Virus record (IMG/VR): IMGVR_UViG_2778261457_000004
Length of the DNA: 16,924 nucleotides
Source: a virus
Taxonomy: Duplodnaviria; Heunggongvirae; Uroviricota; Caudoviricetes
Reading direction: 5' to 3' (one strand)
The notes beneath the pieces are model-generated. The model searched no databases. It was not told the origin of the DNA and saw only the letters and a program-made list of their open reading frames with translations. Positions within the stretch are counted from its first letter, which is position 1; each line of letters begins with the position of its first letter. Position numbers and translations under genes: made by a program. This document shows, one piece after another, positions 16,528 to 16,924 of this stretch.

Positions 16528-16924
16528 ATGTTGAACCGAAGAACATTTAATGTATTCTGCGATGAATCCTGTCACCTACTAAATGATCATAATAAAGTCA
16601 TGGTATTGGGTGCGCTTTGGTGTCCTGGCACTATCACAAAAAAAATTGCTAGAGACATCAAGGAATTAAAATTAAAACACAATCTAAAACCTGATTTCGA
16701 AATCAAGTGGACTAAAGTATCTGCGTCCAAAGTTGAATTTTACTTAGATGTCGTAGATTACTTCTTCAGCAACCCAGCATTGCGCTTTAGAGGTGTTGTT
16801 GTTCCTGATAAAGAGCAACTGGACCATGCTCGATTCCATCAAGATCATAATACTTTCTATTATAAGATGTTTTTTTATGTCTTAAAAAACATAATCGAAA
16901 GTAACAACACATACAATATCTACC
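16528..16924 (+). CDS. AT-rich accessory protein of unknown function, N-terminal 132 aa (runs off window)
   Basis: ATG at 16528 with GGAG SD, open to the window end (MLNRRTFNVFCDESCHLLNDHNKVMVLGALWCPG…). Composition is much more AT-rich than the replicon genes. The N-terminal …FCDESCH… motif is reminiscent of DUF3800-type proteins, but that assignment is from memory and uncertain. Confidence 0.55.
   Translation, partial: MLNRRTFNVFCDESCHLLNDHNKVMVLGALWCPGTITKKIARDIKELKLKHNLKPDFEIKWTKVSASKVEFYLDVVDYFFSNPALRFRGVVVPDKEQLDHARFHQDHNTFYYKMFFYVLKNIIESNNTYNIY

Overview
This window looks like a segment of a P1-like temperate phage or phage-plasmid, identified from sequence features and remembered family knowledge, with no database search run. 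The minus strand (73-10304) carries a translationally coupled late tail/baseplate operon: three tail-associated proteins, a 1140-aa tape-measure-like protein with a lytic transglycosylase domain, gp25/W-like and baseplate-J-like proteins, a tail fiber with the P2 H / Mu S-type conserved central region, and the first codons of a tail fiber assembly gene. Next comes a clearly AT-rich three-gene accessory module (10458-12416) encoding a small 4-TM membrane protein, a signal-peptide periplasmic protein and a repeat-TM-SH3b protein; this is the best candidate for an undescribed superinfection-exclusion or defence function. The plus strand (12560-16924) carries an immI-type immunity region: a C1-repressor-type operator, a c4-like structured RNA region with antisense/target complementarity, and a small icd-like ORF coupled to an antirepressor that has an internal in-frame start. 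This is followed by a kilA-repL-type lytic replicon behind a second C1-type operator, and a third operator ahead of a truncated AT-rich gene. No rRNA, tRNA, CRISPR array, integrase or transposase was seen.
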